A stretch of DNA of 64,000 nucleotides from Camelus dromedarius (taxonomy: Eukaryota), in contig NC_087452.1 of assembly GCF_036321535.1 (NCBI RefSeq), forward strand, positions 40,424,001 through 40,488,000, given 5' to 3'. Of the stretch, positions 23,186-36,530 are shown piece after piece. Both the position numbers and the translations under genes were made by a program. Each line of letters starts with the position of its first letter. Position 1 is the stretch's first letter. The notes under the pieces were generated by a model. That model saw only the letters and a list, made by a program, of their open reading frames with translations, did not search any database and was not told the origin of the DNA.

Positions 23186-24292
23186 TACATTTTATTACTG
23201 TTATTTTTATGTGAGGTTCTTATTACCAATTGCAGCTAATTTTAGTTCTGCTTCTACAGTTGTTCCAAATGCATTTTTAAGCACTGACTCTCCATCCTCA
23301 CTTGTCCTAAGTAGGTTTGTGTCCTTCAGGGGTGTCTCCAAAGTTCTGGCTCCTGGCTTTTTACTTCCCCTCAGAAATGGCTTTTCTTGCCATTTTCAGG
23401 GTTTTTTTTTTAGCTCTTAGATTCTGTGCCTCCTGCCCAGCCAGATGCATGCCTTCTCCCCAGTGTGGAGGTGGAGTTGGCGCAGATGTTAAACTTTACT
23501 TCTTAGGGCAGGAGAGTGACTCCTGGGTCATTCAGTTAACCTTGAAGGGTCACCTCTGGGAAAGAAACAAGTCTTTTTGATGTTTCCTGTATCCTCCTGC
23601 TCGGTCTTCTCTAGTGATTGATGAACCAGGTATCAATCAATCATAATGGGGTGGGGGCCCATCCTAAGAGAGAGGACACAACCTTCCGGGCATTTCCAGA
23701 GCAAGATCCCCTTGGCCAAGGGCAGTTCTTCTCCAGAGAAGGGAGAAGGCTGAGAGCCATGAGCAGCCAACATTCCCAGAAGCTGGGAGATGGGTCCACT
23801 GGCTCCATAAAGGGCATCTGGGACCGGCAATCCCAAAATTGACCACAGCAGCCTAATGCACGGCTTTCTTTTCCCCAGGAATGAGCACACAGAACTCTGA
23901 CTGTTCCTAAATGTCACTTATTGGAAGTCATATCACTCAACTGTATAACATACAACAGTTATAACTATAGATATTTCTGGGATTCCACTTAGGGAACTGG
24001 ATCTGCCTCATGAAAAGAAGGGAGACTCAGGGGCTAGGGGTGTGGGCAGAATTGTGCTATATTAATAAGTGAATAAATTGGATGTTACTTTAGAAAGGAG
24101 AGAATGAAAGAGAAAACAATGAGTGATTTTCATAGAATATTGTCAGGTACTGCAACCCCCTTTCCCAACACGTCGAAGATTATTTGAAACATTGGGCAAG
24201 CAGTGTTTAAATAAGAGAAAATACTTCTCTCTCTCTCTCTTTCTATATATATATATTTATGGCATAGTATGTATGTATGTATATATGTGTAT

Positions 24293-24762
24293 AGTTGATA
24301 AAAATAATCAATAAACAATCTTTAATAGGAATAGAAAAGAGTTTTATTTGAGCCAAACTGAGGACTATAGCCTGGAAGGCAGCCTCTCAGATAACCCTGG
24401 GGAACTTTTCCAGAGAAGCGTAATTTTCAGCACAGTTTTACATCTTATGAGGACAAAGAACACTAAACAAGTTGGGGATACATTCCTTCAAGGTTTAGAC
24501 CAGCATGAACCCAGCAATTCAGAATGTTCTTGGCACCTAGGAAGGGATTCTTATTATCAAAGGAGGACCAGCATTGGTGTCCCAGGAAAGGAGGCATTTA
24601 ATCTTTATTTTTAACATGAACCTTCTTTATTTCTGGTCAATGCACCCTTTTCTTAATAATTAAAGCAGAGGTATAACATGTGTTTGATAGACCACAAACA
24701 GGCTGTTGGCATCAAATTTAAGTTAACTTATGTATAAGCCAGAATGACTTCCCCACACCTCA
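24293..24762 (-). mobile_element. ERV1-class solo LTR (family not assigned)
   Basis: Minus strand starts 'tgaggtgtggggaag', has the ERV1-type 3' end 'cctcagtttggctcaaataaaactc', and ends '...ttttatcaac'. Confidence 0.75.
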
Positions 24763-24773
24763 ATATGTGAAAA

Positions 24774-24830
24774 TATCTATCTATCGATCTATCGATATAT
24801 AGATAGATCGATCGATAGATAGATAGATAG
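24774..24830. repeat. Palindromic (TATC)n/(GATA)n microsatellite
   Basis: tatctatctatcgatc (24774-24789) is the exact reverse complement of gatcgatagatagata (24810-24825). Confidence 0.95.
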
Positions 24831-26144
24831 AGCCGCTGGAATTTCTAAGTGATAAAAGCTTGCAAAACACATTTACCTCACACATGTGGGACTCCATTCA
24901 GATGCTCACCAGCTCATGGGCACTGAATTCTACCATTTCATTCAGTTTGATCCTCCGAATGCATTTTTGTCACTGTCTTTTCTCCCTATGTCTGTCTCAC
25001 TCTTTGCCATAGTTGCTAACTTTTCCAATTCTACGGGGCCTGGTATCGTGTAAGCTTTTCATGGTTTTTCTTCCACTTGTGGTCCTGTGCCAACAGCCCC
25101 TTCCCAACTTCTCAGTGAGGCTGGAGAGGAGTTTAATCCATTTCCCTGCCTCTTTACTTTTTATTGGTCAGGAAGTTGCCTTGGATGCTGGAAATACTCA
25201 TTATGTTGCTGGTTTCTTAAAAGAAGAGAAAAAGACTCTTCTGTACATTGTAGCTAGGATAATTTGGTTCTCAGAGTTCCTGGAACCATTCTAATATAAA
25301 ATTGTGAATGAATGTCCCCCAAATTATTCATCAAGCTGTATGTCTCTTTATTGACATTATGATGCTGTCGTTATGTTTGGACTGATCTCAAAGTTCCATT
25401 TAGCGCTTGGATTCTGAGTCTATTAGAGATTAGGAATGTCTTAGGCCATCTAAATAGTATTTGCTGTGCTTGGCAACCAATTAATTAAACAAGGCATTAG
25501 GCGAGGAGCAAAATGGTCAACATCATTGATTTCCTTATTGTCACACTGTAACTGGACACAGTAGTTGTCTAGCAACTGAAAAATGGAAGGTAGAGCTGTA
25601 TGATGGGGCTGCCAGTGCAAAGGCAGACTGGGTGCTTCAACCTCATTACCTCAACTTTGGGGTGCTGCTTCAAATGGCAAACAGGTAGATGAACACAAAC
25701 AGGATCTGACACTTAGTAGCTGAGGAGACAATCCATATTGCACACTTCTTGGATTCTCTTTGCTGATTGTTATCACTGAGTCAAGCACACATTAGGAGAC
25801 CACTACAAAAAAATCAAATTATTAACTGTTCACCATTTCATGAGCATTTTTGAAGGAAATGGTTGGGGAAAGTACATAAGAGTAAAATAATTTATCGGAA
25901 ATTGTTGCAAAACTGTTTTTATTCTAAGCTATCTGATCACACGTGGTAGCATCACATTCAAAACTGTACTTTATTCTTTTAGGGGATAATGTTTTATCTG
26001 CATTCTAGTAGTGCATGTTATTTAAATAAGTATGCTGTGCTGTTAACCATTAATTATAGTAGCATATTTTGAAGAGGCTTAAAAACTGGGATATTCACTT
26101 TGGATCAAATTTTAGAGTCCAGAGGGACACTGATAGTTTATCCC

Positions 26145-26545
26145 ACATTTATTCAATATGGATTTACTGAGCAGTTACTATGTGGTAGGCATTGTTTATG
26201 CATTGGAGACACAGTGGTATATAAGGTGAACATTGCCCCTGCCTGCATGGAATTTATAAGAAGGATACTGACAGGAAGAACCCAAATGGCTGAGTACCTA
26301 AAGAAATAGTACGGGGTGCTAAGAGAAAGCGTGGTGGAGAGCAATTCCCAGATGGGATGGAGCACGTTCAGAACATTTAAGCTGAGACTTGAAGCGTGAA
26401 TATAGGAGTTAGCCAGGTGGGGAGTGAGAGGAAGACCATGGCAACAACATGTCTGAAGACATAAGTTTTATGAAGGCTTTACGAATTCAGAAACTGAAGT
26501 TGTGACTAGAGCTTAGAGAGCAAGGGGCAGAGTGTCAGGAGATAA
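26145..26545 (-). mobile_element. L2 3' region
   Basis: 'tttattcaatatggatttactgagcagttactatgtggtaggcattg...cctgcctgcatggaatttata...tttaagctgagacttgaag'. Confidence 0.8.
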
Positions 26546-28699
26546 CCACATTCCCTAGTATGAAACAATTTTTAAAATGATCCATTAGCTTAACATTCAA
26601 TTTATTAAATACAATGGATGCTACCTCCCTGATCAGCAAAAGCATTTTTCACTAAGTCTTCGGAGTCATTCACTTTCTCAGTCCTGATACTATTATTCTG
26701 AATTGTTCCAGAGATATTTACATGAAGGACAATCATGTCCAATAATAATTTTCTGGGTGAGTAGGAGGTGGACCTTTCTTCTGTCAAGTGGGAAGGGGAT
26801 GATTATTAACTGAGAGTTCAGACAGAAGAACCAAGTGAACGAGCTTTGAAAAATAATGCATACACTCAGGATCTAAGAACTGATTCTTATAAAGCTTTCT
26901 GTGCCCATTCATCTCCTTAAAAATCTTCGTATACTCCTGAACTGCTGGTATAAAATATGTATGTAATTATATGTCAAGGTGATTATAAAGAATAGAATGC
27001 TTGAAATATTTTTCTGTTGATTTTAGACGTAAAAGTTTAGCAGGATATAAATTTTGGGGAGGTTACTTTTTCTTAAATTCCTTGGAGGTTTCCGCATTGT
27101 CCTTTGGGATTAAGTATTTCCAGAGAAATCTGAACCCAATCTGATTTCCATTCCTAATTGTTTTCCTTTACTCAGTGCTTATAGAAATCTCTTCTTCCTC
27201 CTTCTCTCATTTATTTACCTATCTATCTACCTTTCATTCTTTAAATACAAAAAAGAAATTTACACAGGATGTGTTTGGCGTTGATAGACATATCCCAGTG
27301 TTATTTTTAGTTCAGAAAATTTTTCTTCAACTATTAAATGGAGAAATACTTATTTGGTGAGTACTATGTGGCAAATACTCTAGTATGTGTTCATGAATAA
27401 GGTACAGTTCCTTCCATTTCATGATGTTGGCTTTCTTCTTTGGTTCCATAAAGCATGACAGCTTTTTAGGTTTTATTTTATTGTCAATAGTAAGTCATTT
27501 TTTCAAAGACAATTCTTTCTTTTAATCTTCAAGATGATGGTTCTCTTTTTAGCTGTAATTTTTAATAGCCACGTATTAATTTTTTTTTTTACGTTTACTC
27601 ATCTTAAAAAGGAGAGAGTTGGCAACTTTGTGCAAGAAGAGGCACTTAGAATAGTTCGATGATTTATTCACAGTGTACAAGATGTGTAACAGCATAATTG
27701 TGGTGCTGGAGAGAACCTTTCCATTGTACCTGTATATGTAATTTCAAATGAACTTTAACACTTTTTATGGCAGGTGGGGTCAAACAACTTTTTATGGAGG
27801 CAGGGAAGGAAATTGGAGGTGTGGATGGTGTGTTTTAAAATATTGTAGCACAAATACTGAAAGTTACACATCTGCACAGTTGCTTGCTGCTGGTGCATTT
27901 GCATTCAGTAAAATTAGAGAATTACCTCTGCTTCCATAATGAATGCTGTGGTGGTATAGATATACATAAAATAAAATTGCACAGAAGTGGTCTACAAAAG
28001 GATGATGTGCATCTAATAGCAGACATTAATTTTGTAGATACAATATTCCCTGTAGCTGATTATTTTAATATTGACTGAGTGAATAATAACAATTTCATCG
28101 GAAAATTCTGCCTCCTCTAAAGAAGAAACTTAAAGTTGCAGATAACTTACTTTTGGAAGATAATGAACATTTTGAAAAGATTGAATGGATTATTAAAAAA
28201 AATCCACTATTCCTCTCTCTTTCAATTCCATTTCATCGACTACATAAAGGAATTAGAATTTGACTTTGTTGCTTTGAGTGTTTTAATTAAAGTTTTATAT
28301 TTAATATTGAAGAAAGGGAAGTTTTATATCATTGAAGAGACACTTGTACTCATAAGAGCTCTTTGAATAATAAAAGTAGACATTATTAGTAAATTGCTTT
28401 TATGAGAACTTACTTTTGCTAAGATAATAAAAGGATCAGACTGGGAAGGCATGCAGATCACCACTGGCTTATTGGCCTAGAGCCTGGGTCTGTCTGTGCT
28501 GAACCTAAACAATGAATATCTAGTGATGAAAATTTTTTACTCAGAAGTCCGCAGAACATTAAGAAGCCTACATCCGAAAAGATAGGGCTTGATAGGTGAC
28601 TCAATTTGCTTTCTCTAAGTGAATGAATGCATTAGGAAATAAGAAAGGCCAATGACCAAAAGGGTTAAGGACCCTGTCACAGTTAGATACAGTGTGTCA

Positions 28700-29410
28700 T
28701 ACAGTGATGCTTGAATCTCAGTTGGTGTGTAGAGGGGAGAGGTGATAAATGTGCAGCTGATTTTCAACCACTGTACTGGTTGTCTCTGGCTGTTTGGGTC
28801 GTTAATAGTAGGAGCGTCGATCTGCCACTGCTCCATCTCAGCTGGAGGCAGGCATCTTCCCACCATCCTCTACCCACTCATCTTCATGACGTACTGCCTT
28901 TCAACCTGCTTCTCTGATTTTTCACTCTCCATCTCTCCAAGCTAGGACACAAGCAAGGCCTGGCCTTGGTTTTATTCGTTGTTGTATCCTGTGCCTATAA
29001 GGTTGAGATGGCCTTTGTGACAGCCTCCTGACTTATCTCTGTGCTTCTGTACTTACCCCTTAACCCAACAGCCTGAGTGAGCTTTTAGTGTCATGTCACA
29101 ACTCTGCTCAAAACCTTCCAACGGCTCTCATCTCACTTGGGGTAAAAGCAAAAGGACCCCACCAGAGCCTGGGGAGCCAAACGATCAGGATGCCCTGCAA
29201 CTTCCTGATTTCATCGCCATCTACTCTTCCTCGCCCTAAAGTGCCTTTACCGTACTACCTCCTGGCTACTCCTCAGTCTCACCAGCCATGTTCCTGTTCG
29301 AGGTCTTTGCCTCTGTTGTTCCCTCTGCCTGGAATGCTCTTTTCCAAAATATCTGCAAGATTTGCTACGTCATCACTTTCAGATATTTACCCAATGTCCC
29401 CTTCTAACCC
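28700..29410 (+). mobile_element. L2 (ORF2 end plus 3' region); accounts for the 175-aa ORF at 29088-29615
   Basis: 'tcctctacccactcatcttcatgac', 'tcatgtcacaactctgctcaaaaccttccaacggctc', 'ctgttgttccctctgcctggaatgctct'. Confidence 0.85.
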
Positions 29411-29861
29411 AGAATCGCCATGTACAGTTGTGCATGTTGTGCCCTACTTAAGTGCAGAAGGCACCTTTCCCCTTGTGGTCTGGGAGCAGCAAGTGACTGA
29501 AATCTATGAGTCTATAAGCAGCAGTATGCATCCTTATGGAAGACACATCCCTTCTAACTCCAGTATGATGGTTGTCGCCTCATGTTTGCACTTCTATCTC
29601 CCAGAGTTACCATGAGGATCAAATGCAATCATATCAGTGATAATAACCTTAAATAATAACATTTATTCAGCAATTGCTTCAGGCCAAGCATTGTAGTCAA
29701 CTGCTTTCACAGATCAGTGGTTTAATCCTCACAAGAACACTTTAAGTAGGTGCTATTACAACTAAGCATAGTCCATCGTAAAAACATTCATCTGCATTCC
29801 AGGTGCCAATGCCATTATCATCCTTACATTCTTCCATGATTCACTAGCTTGTTACTTATAT

Positions 29862-29980
29862 TGTAGCTCAGTGGTAGAGTGCATGCCTAGTATGCACAAG
29901 GTCCTGGGTTCAATCCCTGGGACCTCCAACAAAAGTAATAAATCTATAAACCTAATTACCTCCTCTTTCCAAAAAAAAGA
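29862..29980 (+). mobile_element. Camelid Vic-1-type tRNA(Ala)-derived SINE, slightly 5'-truncated
   Basis: A box 'tagctcagtggtag', B box 'gggttcaatccc', then 'aaacctaattacctcc' and an A-rich tail. Confidence 0.92.
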
Positions 29981-31789
29981 ATAAATGAAATATTTCCCTT
30001 AGAGTGTCTTTCATGAATTATGAGGGGTCAGTTGGGATAAGGCACCATTCAAACAGTTTCATTCCAGTTTGCCCAACTATCACCAACTATTTGCAAGGTT
30101 AAAGATGTCCTAAGAATACAGAAAAAGGGCTTCTTTGTTTGCCCCTCAAAAATAGAGCATTAAAGACATGGCAACAAATACAGCAGTATTTCCCTCATCT
30201 ATTTCAATCTGTCCGCATAATCAATTCCTGTTTCATCCGACCTTGGATCAGCTATCTACTTTCATAATGTCATCTACTCCTGGGTTTCAAGAGTCCCAGA
30301 AGCTCAGACTGATGTCACTGGTACGGACAGGTCTCTGCTCACAGAGGCAAGGTTAGCTTCTCTGGGAAACCTGCAGCCTTGAGTATATTCCTTGCAGTAT
30401 CAATAATCATCGTTCTCTCGTGTGGCCCTTCCTACCCATGCTCCAAGGCTGTCCTTCTTAGCTGTTTCTTTCAGGAGGCCTAGTTTCTGACCTGTAGCTT
30501 ATGACAGACCTTCAGGCAAAATGAGAGGAGAGCAGAGAAACCACTTGCTGATGACAAAACAAAATGACTGTACTTAATTTGTTACAGTGACAAACGAGAT
30601 TTTCAAATGGAGGAGGATAGAATCCTTTCATGGATAACACATTATCTATATCTAACTATTTTATATAGATCAGGCCAAATTATTATCCTGAAGGTAAGAA
30701 CATATTTGGCCACTGACAGCCTTAACAAACCTCCAGGGCCTTCCAATCCATCCCATTAAGTCGTTTCAACATTAAAAAAAGGGTTGTAGGAGATTGGCCA
30801 CCTGATTATGATAGGCGTAGAGGGCCCTGAGAATAAAAAATGGTTGTAGTTTGGCTCCCTTGTTAACCAGAAGGGCAATAATACAGTTTCAAATAAACAT
30901 AGGAGAAGGTAACCTAGAAGCTCTAGCTCTTTTAGAACAAGGAACTTACGTTGTTTGCTTATAAAATAATTCCAAAGCAGGACAGATGTCATCACAGAGA
31001 CATGAAGTCATTAGCTCTCAAATGAGGCTTTTTTAGGGGGAAACAAGGAACCTCTGTTCTCTGGGCACATTACACAAAATGTGGAGAACAGCTCTTTACC
31101 ACCTGTTAGAGCTAACTGAACACTGCAAACATCAGTTTTAAGCTACTAGTCCTCTGTCTTCATCATTAGTAAGCTTCCTCTGTTTATCAATTATAACATA
31201 TCTTCATGCTTAAATATACACACTAAACAGATAGTCAGATGACTTTATTTAAAGCTATCAACTTTAATTTTAAAATAAAATTACTTTTACCAGCATGTTC
31301 TGAATTAGGGCATAAACACATTGATTTTATCGTCTTTTTTGAGGTGAGGTTAACCTTTAGTTAAAAATGCAAAAAATCCTCAATATGTTAATCATTTTTT
31401 AAACATCACATTAAAAGAAACTTGCCTGTAGATTTATATAAGTAGATTTTTAAATGGGAACCAAAATTTGCAGCTCTTTTTATGGAAATATCAACCCATT
31501 GTTGTAGCCTGGAACAGAACTTGGTGGGGAATGTGATTTCTGAATCATTAGAAAGCCAGGTTTGAAATGTGTTTGTAAACTGGTGTGCACATGAGCCAAG
31601 ACTGATTGACTGGAAATAACTCACTTCCCAGTACAAGATATAGCAATAGTCCAGTATAGTGAAAAGTGTAATAACACAGATACTTGCTTGCCTGTATGCA
31701 TTGATGACCACTGTGAACCCTTCAAGTCAGGGAGACTGTCCATCTCCAGGAACTGGTCCATCTCCAGTGCCCAGTGCAGGTGGGGCAGC

Positions 31790-32036
31790 TGAGGTCAGGC
31801 AAAGGTTAAAACATGAGTGAAGGACATGAACATTATCAGGGAGTGAAGTCAAACCTGGGGCAAAGCAGGTATTCTCCATGGATCAGACGGAGACTTCATC
31901 CTTCCCCAGCTCTTACCCCTCCCTGTCCTGGTTCCCTGACTCACTTACAGGTTTTTCTTGAAAAACAGTCCCTCAGTGAGTCTCGTAACCTTGGGTCTCC
32001 TGCAGGCTCTGTTCTAGGAAACCCAACTCAAGACAG
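31790..32036 (+). mobile_element. ERVL-class LTR 3' half
   Basis: Ends 'caggctctgttctaggaaacccaactcaagaca', the ERVL LTR terminus pattern. Confidence 0.55.
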
Positions 32037-34447
32037 ATGAGCACATATCTGATAACACAGCCCCCACTCTATTAACATGGAGAATTTTCTAACACTTCTC
32101 ACTGCACTGGTGACCAAGAGGCTAAGCCCCGCGGGTTATTATCCCCCTTCCCTTCTCCCTACATTCATCGTCTTTCATCAATCCTATTAGTAGGGATCAG
32201 AGAAGCTTTTCTTTGGGTATAAGAGCTTGGGGATGATTGTGCTCAAAGAGCCTGACCTTGTTCCCTAAAGAGTTATCACATGCTTATCCTCTTTCCAGAG
32301 GGCAAAAACACCCTTGCGGGAGGTCAGCCAATGCAGAATGTGCTCCTGCCTCTGCGGAGCCTCTCTCAAGATGAAAACCACTCCCCCCTCTTATCTTTAA
32401 AGGAGACCACATGAAGTCACCAAGACAGGAGAAAGCCTTGGAACAGATGTTAAGAACCCCCTTCCCTACAGCTACCAAGTCTGGGCCGAGTTCTCCTTGG
32501 CTCTGACCCCAGATCCTTGCCACTCAAAGTTCTGGCTCAGCTCTTGTTCTGAGGAGTCTTCAGCTCTCTTTGCTGTCCCCTCTCTTCTTCCCAGGGAAGG
32601 GGTCTCAGGATTCCTAGGTGGGGAGCCTCTGTGAGCCTCAGCAAAGTCAGGCAGCAGCATACTCAAGACATTGTTCTCCATTTCTAGCTATGATTATGGA
32701 GCAGGTAAAGGCCAGCTGGAGCCCTGACCTCTGTGTTCTGGCTGCAGCTGAGTCCCACTGTCACGAGGAAGGATGGAGAGGCTGACAGATGGGCAGGGAA
32801 CCTGTCAGGGCCTTGTGGAAGCCCCCTGGGACTCCAGAACAGCGACAAGGACTACACACAGGTGCAAGAGATAATTAGGGGCCACAGGTGTGCAGCATCT
32901 ACTCAAATGAGGCCACCGAGACTGTGTCTGGAGACAGATGGACAGATGTTAATGCAAATGTGTCATCACTAGTCCTCTCCAGGGGCTATGAACCAGCTCA
33001 TCTTAGCAGCTCTGTGTCTAAGGGAGAGAGGGAGGCAGTGGGACAGTAACAGACCTTTGCTGGCCTTGCAGCCAGCCAGATGTATGTCAACCCAAAACTA
33101 AGGTTGAGGGGATGGGGACAAGGGATAGGAAAGTGCTGAAGGAACCACCAAAAACTGATCATTAACTTCCTCGGTCCTTGAAAGGCATCCCAGGCTGCCA
33201 AACCATCCTTGGTCCACATATACCAACACTATCCACTACCCTTCCCAATAGAGTCTCCTATGTTAGATTCCACCCCTAATCTCCCTCTGTGTCAGAGTGG
33301 TTATCACATTTTAATTTGCATAAACATTAGTCACAGGAGTTTGTGAGTAATGCAGATTCTCTGGTTCTTATCCTGGGTCAGAGGGAGGAGAGCTCATTCT
33401 TGCTTATATAGCTCAACACAAGGGTCTTCAGTAGCTGGCAGAATAAAACAGTCAATGTTTGGACATAGAAAGGCTGGAAGTAAAGACATTTCTCCATTGA
33501 AGGTGCTTCTCCATTACAAATACCAAATCCTGAATCATCACAGTCATAGGACTGAGCCTCTCCTGTAATTCACTCAGGCTGAAGAGAAAAGTGAGTGAGG
33601 TACTGGGAGTCCAGGAGAGCCCATGAAGGGAGACAGCAGGGTATGAGGAGGCTTACTGCACTCTGTAGTTTCATGCAAGGCCTCACAAAAGTGCCCTGTC
33701 CTTCTCCACGTCAGCATGGCAGGAGACAGTGTTGATAAAGACAAAAAGATACCAGAATGTGTGTCTAATGGATGGAGTTGTTTGTCTCTAGGTCCACATT
33801 ATCCTTGTTCTGCCAAATATCATTGTTCTGCCTCACTGGATGTAAAGTCTTAGCTGTTTAAAAAGTATTTTGGAAGCAAATACAGTACTGGCTTTACACC
33901 CAAGTCTGGGCTGGGCTTGAGACCTCTTCTGGGGAGGTCTTGACCCTCCCACCTGGTCTTTAGAATTGGACATGTGAATTCCAGCCCCACTGGTCCCTAT
34001 GGTGGCTCATGCAGATGAATGATTTGTCAAAGAATGTCTTCTCCAACCTCCTCATTTTTCAGGTGAGGAAGCCTCTCCAGGAACAAATATTTCCATGAGA
34101 ACAAAAAGCATGTTCATTATAAAGATTTGAGGAGTGGCTCTTCAAAAAACCTAACCATCTCTCCTCTCATTTCTCCTGAACCAGGTGGGTTTTGACTGGT
34201 TCTATTACCTTGCTTCCTTCTACATTAAATACTTATAATATCTCACTGTCTTTAAAATGGTTGGCTATCCATTAAGAATAACTTGCTTGCTCAGTTGAAA
34301 CAAAATTCCTTATACTCAGAAACAGTAGCATTTGATCCCCTTGACAATACTCTCAGCAGTTTTGTGGAGGTATGTCAACTTGGACATGAAAGCAGAGAGA
34401 GCTAAAATGCTCCACAAGTGAACGGAGAAGAGATGGGAAGAACCCTG

Positions 34448-34560
34448 GAAGGCAGTGGTGGTTAAAGAGTGTGGTTCTGAGCTCAAACACAGCTGAGTTC
34501 AAATCTTGGCTGGTTCTAGCCTTCTCTCTTTTGGAAAAAGCACTTAACCTCATTGTCCTC
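34448..34560 (+). mobile_element. MIR 5' part
   Basis: 'gcagtggtggttaaagagtgtggttctgagctcaaacacagctgagttcaaatcttggct'. Confidence 0.7.
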
Positions 34561-35429
34561 ATGGAAGCTCTGTTATCCCAACACTGTTGTTTTTGAGTAA
34601 ATCTGATCAACTCTCTAGGCTCTTTGCTCTAGGACAGCAGACTGTTTTACTGGAAATATACAGAAAGTATGAAGCCTGGACCATGGTGTTCCAAACTATT
34701 TTGATGGCTCCTGTCCAACCCAAGAATTTGAAACCCCTCCCACTGCACCTGGAGAGACCTTCCTAAGTCCCTTTAAAACAAACGAACAAACAAAGGTATT
34801 GGATGGGCTGGCTTAAAAGAAAAAAAAAAAGATGGTTAAAGGGGAATGAGGGAACTGGTAGGAGGAAGGAGAAAGAAAAGGAACAATGGAGAATCAAGAC
34901 CTGGTGGGAGATGAGGTGTCTCGTGGCAGTTCTGGGCTCAGTAGCAGAAGACAGGAGAAGACAAGAGAGCTCCAGCAAGTGTATGGTGGAACTGCTCACA
35001 GAGCTGCCCCGTCGGGGACATATACTTGATGGAGACTATTAATCCCTCAGCTTCCCTGTGAGTGTACCATGACAGGAAGAAGTGGTGTGATGGTGGGTTT
35101 ATCATTCCATGGGGCCATTACACATGTCTTTTCTGTGCTCTGAGCCCTCATCTTGACAGTCAGTACTTGTTTGTTATGAAAGGTCATTTCTTTCAGTACC
35201 ACTTCTTTGTCTCTGTTTCTCTGTCTCTCTCTCCCTCTCCATGTTCGTTTGACCTGAGTACATAGCTCACAGTTTGGACCATCCTTAAAGGATATGTTTT
35301 AAAAAAGCAAAAGAAATTCAGTATACAAATCATATTCTGGAAACTTAGAGGCTGTGATCATAAGATCATAAGTGGCATCGTGTGGAATGAAGACAGCTGA
35401 TGAATTAAGATTTGTTCCAGCCTTTCCAC

Positions 35430-35545
35430 TGATGTAATGCGAGATTTCAATGAAATCATGCATGTAAAGTGCTGAGACTATGCCTGGCATGTGGTAAGCA
35501 CTCCAGAAAAAGCAGTTGTTGCTATAACTACTACTATTATTGCTC
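35430..35545 (+). mobile_element. MIR 3' end
   Basis: 'gcatgtaaagtgctgagactatgcctggcatgtggtaagcactc...gctataactactactattatt'. Confidence 0.7.
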
Positions 35546-35723
35546 CTTGAGAGTTAGGCAATAAACAGCAAGTGAAAAATCTCAGATTGTATCCAGTGGA
35601 TTCTGGTTATTCCCCCCTTGATCTGAGCCCAGAGGGAACACAGTTCATGTGACATCTCTGGCTCTACCTATGCAAAAATCCTCCAACACTTCCTCAGCCA
35701 TGAGAATTTCAAAGATTAATGGA

Positions 35724-35791
35724 TTGGGACATGTGCGGTATGCCAGAAATTGACACATTGTAACTAATTATACTCCAATTAAAAAAAAGAA
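35724..35791 (+). mobile_element. Very short L1 3' terminus with TSD
   Basis: 'tatgccagaaattgacacattgtaactaattatactccaattaaaaaaaa', flanked by attaatgga at 35715-35723 and 35792-35800. Confidence 0.8.
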
Positions 35792-36253
35792 ATTAATGGA
35801 GAGACGTGTGACAAAGTAAAAAGGATCTTTGGGTGACTTTACCTATTTCCCTTTTTTTTTTTTTTTTTTTGGTCCCCAGCTTCTTCCATTTTAAAGAACT
35901 AAAATTATAAAGAATTCAGGAAAAATCATCCAATCATTTAATTATTATATAATCATACTTCCCCCAAATCTTCAATTCCTTCTTCTGCATCATTCTTAGA
36001 CAACTTAGCAACTGAATGACAAAAAATACCTTCATATATTAAGGCTTTCTAGCATATCAACAGGTAACATTGACATTCTAAGCTTAGAAGTGTGATTAAT
36101 CTCTTCTTCCTGTTGATTTAAAGGTATCATGCTTTTTTATAATTGTCATATCAAAATGCCAGATGAGGGGAAGGAAACCTGTTTAACTAGTAATATGACA
36201 AAAATTTCACCTGTGTTTTCCTTTACTTTTAAAAAATTACTCTTTTGTCATTC

Positions 36254-36530
36254 TTTTTAAAAATTGAGATATGATTGACATATAACATTTTTATTAGTTT
36301 CATGTGTACAACACAATGACTCAGTATTTGTGTATGTTGCAAAATGATCACCAAAATAAGTTTATTTCACATCCGTTACCACACATAGTTACAAAAAAAT
36401 TTTTTCTTGTGATGAGAACTTTTAAAATCTATTCTTTTAGTAACTGTCAAATACACAATAATTATTTACTATAGTCACCATGCTGTACATTACATTCCCA
36501 TGAGTTTTTTTTTTTTAATAATTGGAAGTC
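36254..36530 (-). mobile_element. L1MA9/L1MB1-like 3' end
   Basis: 'aattgagatatgattgacatataaca...ccgttaccacacatagttac...tgtgatgagaacttttaaaatcta...ctatagtcaccatgctgtacattac'. Confidence 0.85.

Noticed and set aside
29088-29615. 175-aa ORF
   Set aside because: Mostly overlaps an L2 3' region; no gene-like features.
29862-29935. tRNA-Ala-like sequence (also at 41760-41831 and 48440-48512)
   Set aside because: Followed by the Vic-1-type tail, with TSDs in two cases and broken acceptor or anticodon stems. These are SINEs, not tRNA genes.
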